Source: Octopus sinensis (lineage: Eukaryota). Taken from it: DNA of 64,000 bases. Position 1 is the stretch's first letter, and each line of letters starts with the position of its first letter. The stretch lies in assembly GCF_006345805.1 (NCBI RefSeq), contig NC_043008.1, forward strand, positions 54,498,001-54,562,000, given 5' to 3'. The notes beneath the pieces are model-generated. The model worked only from the letters and a program-made list of their open reading frames with translations, was not told the origin of the DNA and made no database searches. Below are positions 63,251-64,000 of the stretch, one piece after another. The position numbers were made by a program, and so were the translations under genes.

Positions 63251-64000
63251 GTCTACGAATTGACTTGTTTGTGTGATGTGATATTGTTTCCCTTTTATTC
63301 TTTCGCTTTTGTGTGTGTGTTTGTGTGCGTTCGATATGTACGAGATAGTAAAGGATATTTTATACCACGACGACGGTGACGACGGTCACATATATGAGTG
63401 TGTTGTTGTCTCTGGGTGTATGTGTGTGTGTATGAGTGTGTATGTCTCTCTGACTGTGTGTTTTCGCGTTAGGTACGTTATTAAACATACACACTCATCT
63501 GCACATAGATATACACATGTGATGACTGACATGTGAATGTATGTCTGTATACGTCACTCTTACTATATGTATGTGACAGTATGTAAGAATGTATGCGTGC
63601 GTATCGTCACATTTTGTATATGAATGTGTATGTGTCTGCGTGTGTTTGCACGCCCATTACGTACGTTATTAAACACACGCATACATCTACATATACATAT
63701 ACATATGTGAGGAGAATAGCTGAAGGTGAACTCTCGACAAAAAAAGAAAAAATTGCGTGGAAGGTCCAAGTTATATAAAAATGCACATCTACCGTTCAAT
63801 TAACAATTCATAATTATCGCAACAGTTGCAAGGTATTTACAATTTGCTTATATTTGGTTAATTTACACTACATACAAAAATAGAGACATACTACATACAT
63901 ACAACTGCTTACAAAATTAGATATTAATGTATATTTTTTCTATGTTCATAATTTTTTGTTTAAAATATTGAAAAAAAATATGACAACAAAGAAGAAACGT

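Overview
This is a very repeat-dense, AT-rich animal genomic window. The SINE families and microsatellite load match what I recall of octopus genomes; this assignment is not verified and a BLASTN would settle it. The only host protein gene I can support is the 5' part of an LRRC23 orthologue (a motile-cilium radial-spoke LRR protein) on the minus strand. It has four coding exons (26250-26651, 20540-20649, 18287-18543, 7565-7695) with matching splice phases, 900 nt = 300 codons. The remaining exons must lie beyond position 1. An intact tRNA-Ala(AGC) sits in intron 1, and an RFX X-box lies about 1.65 kb upstream of the ATG. The rest is transposon-derived: several tRNA-headed SINE families, an RTE-linked retroposon family, and fragments of Tx1/L1, CR1/L2-like, RTE and RNase-H-bearing LINEs. 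There are also Tc1/mariner remnants, Helitrons (one with a PIF1-type helicase fragment), piggyBac-, pogo- and Merlin-like MITEs, many fold-back elements, minisatellites and microsatellites. The most unusual signals are: (i) minimal type-I hammerhead-ribozyme motifs inside short inverted-repeat elements; (ii) fold-back elements with exact 8-bp TSDs and internal telomere-like repeats; (iii) a composite Helitron. Almost all ORFs in the supplied track are microsatellite or TE artefacts. All alignments and folds were done by eye, so repeat boundaries are approximate.
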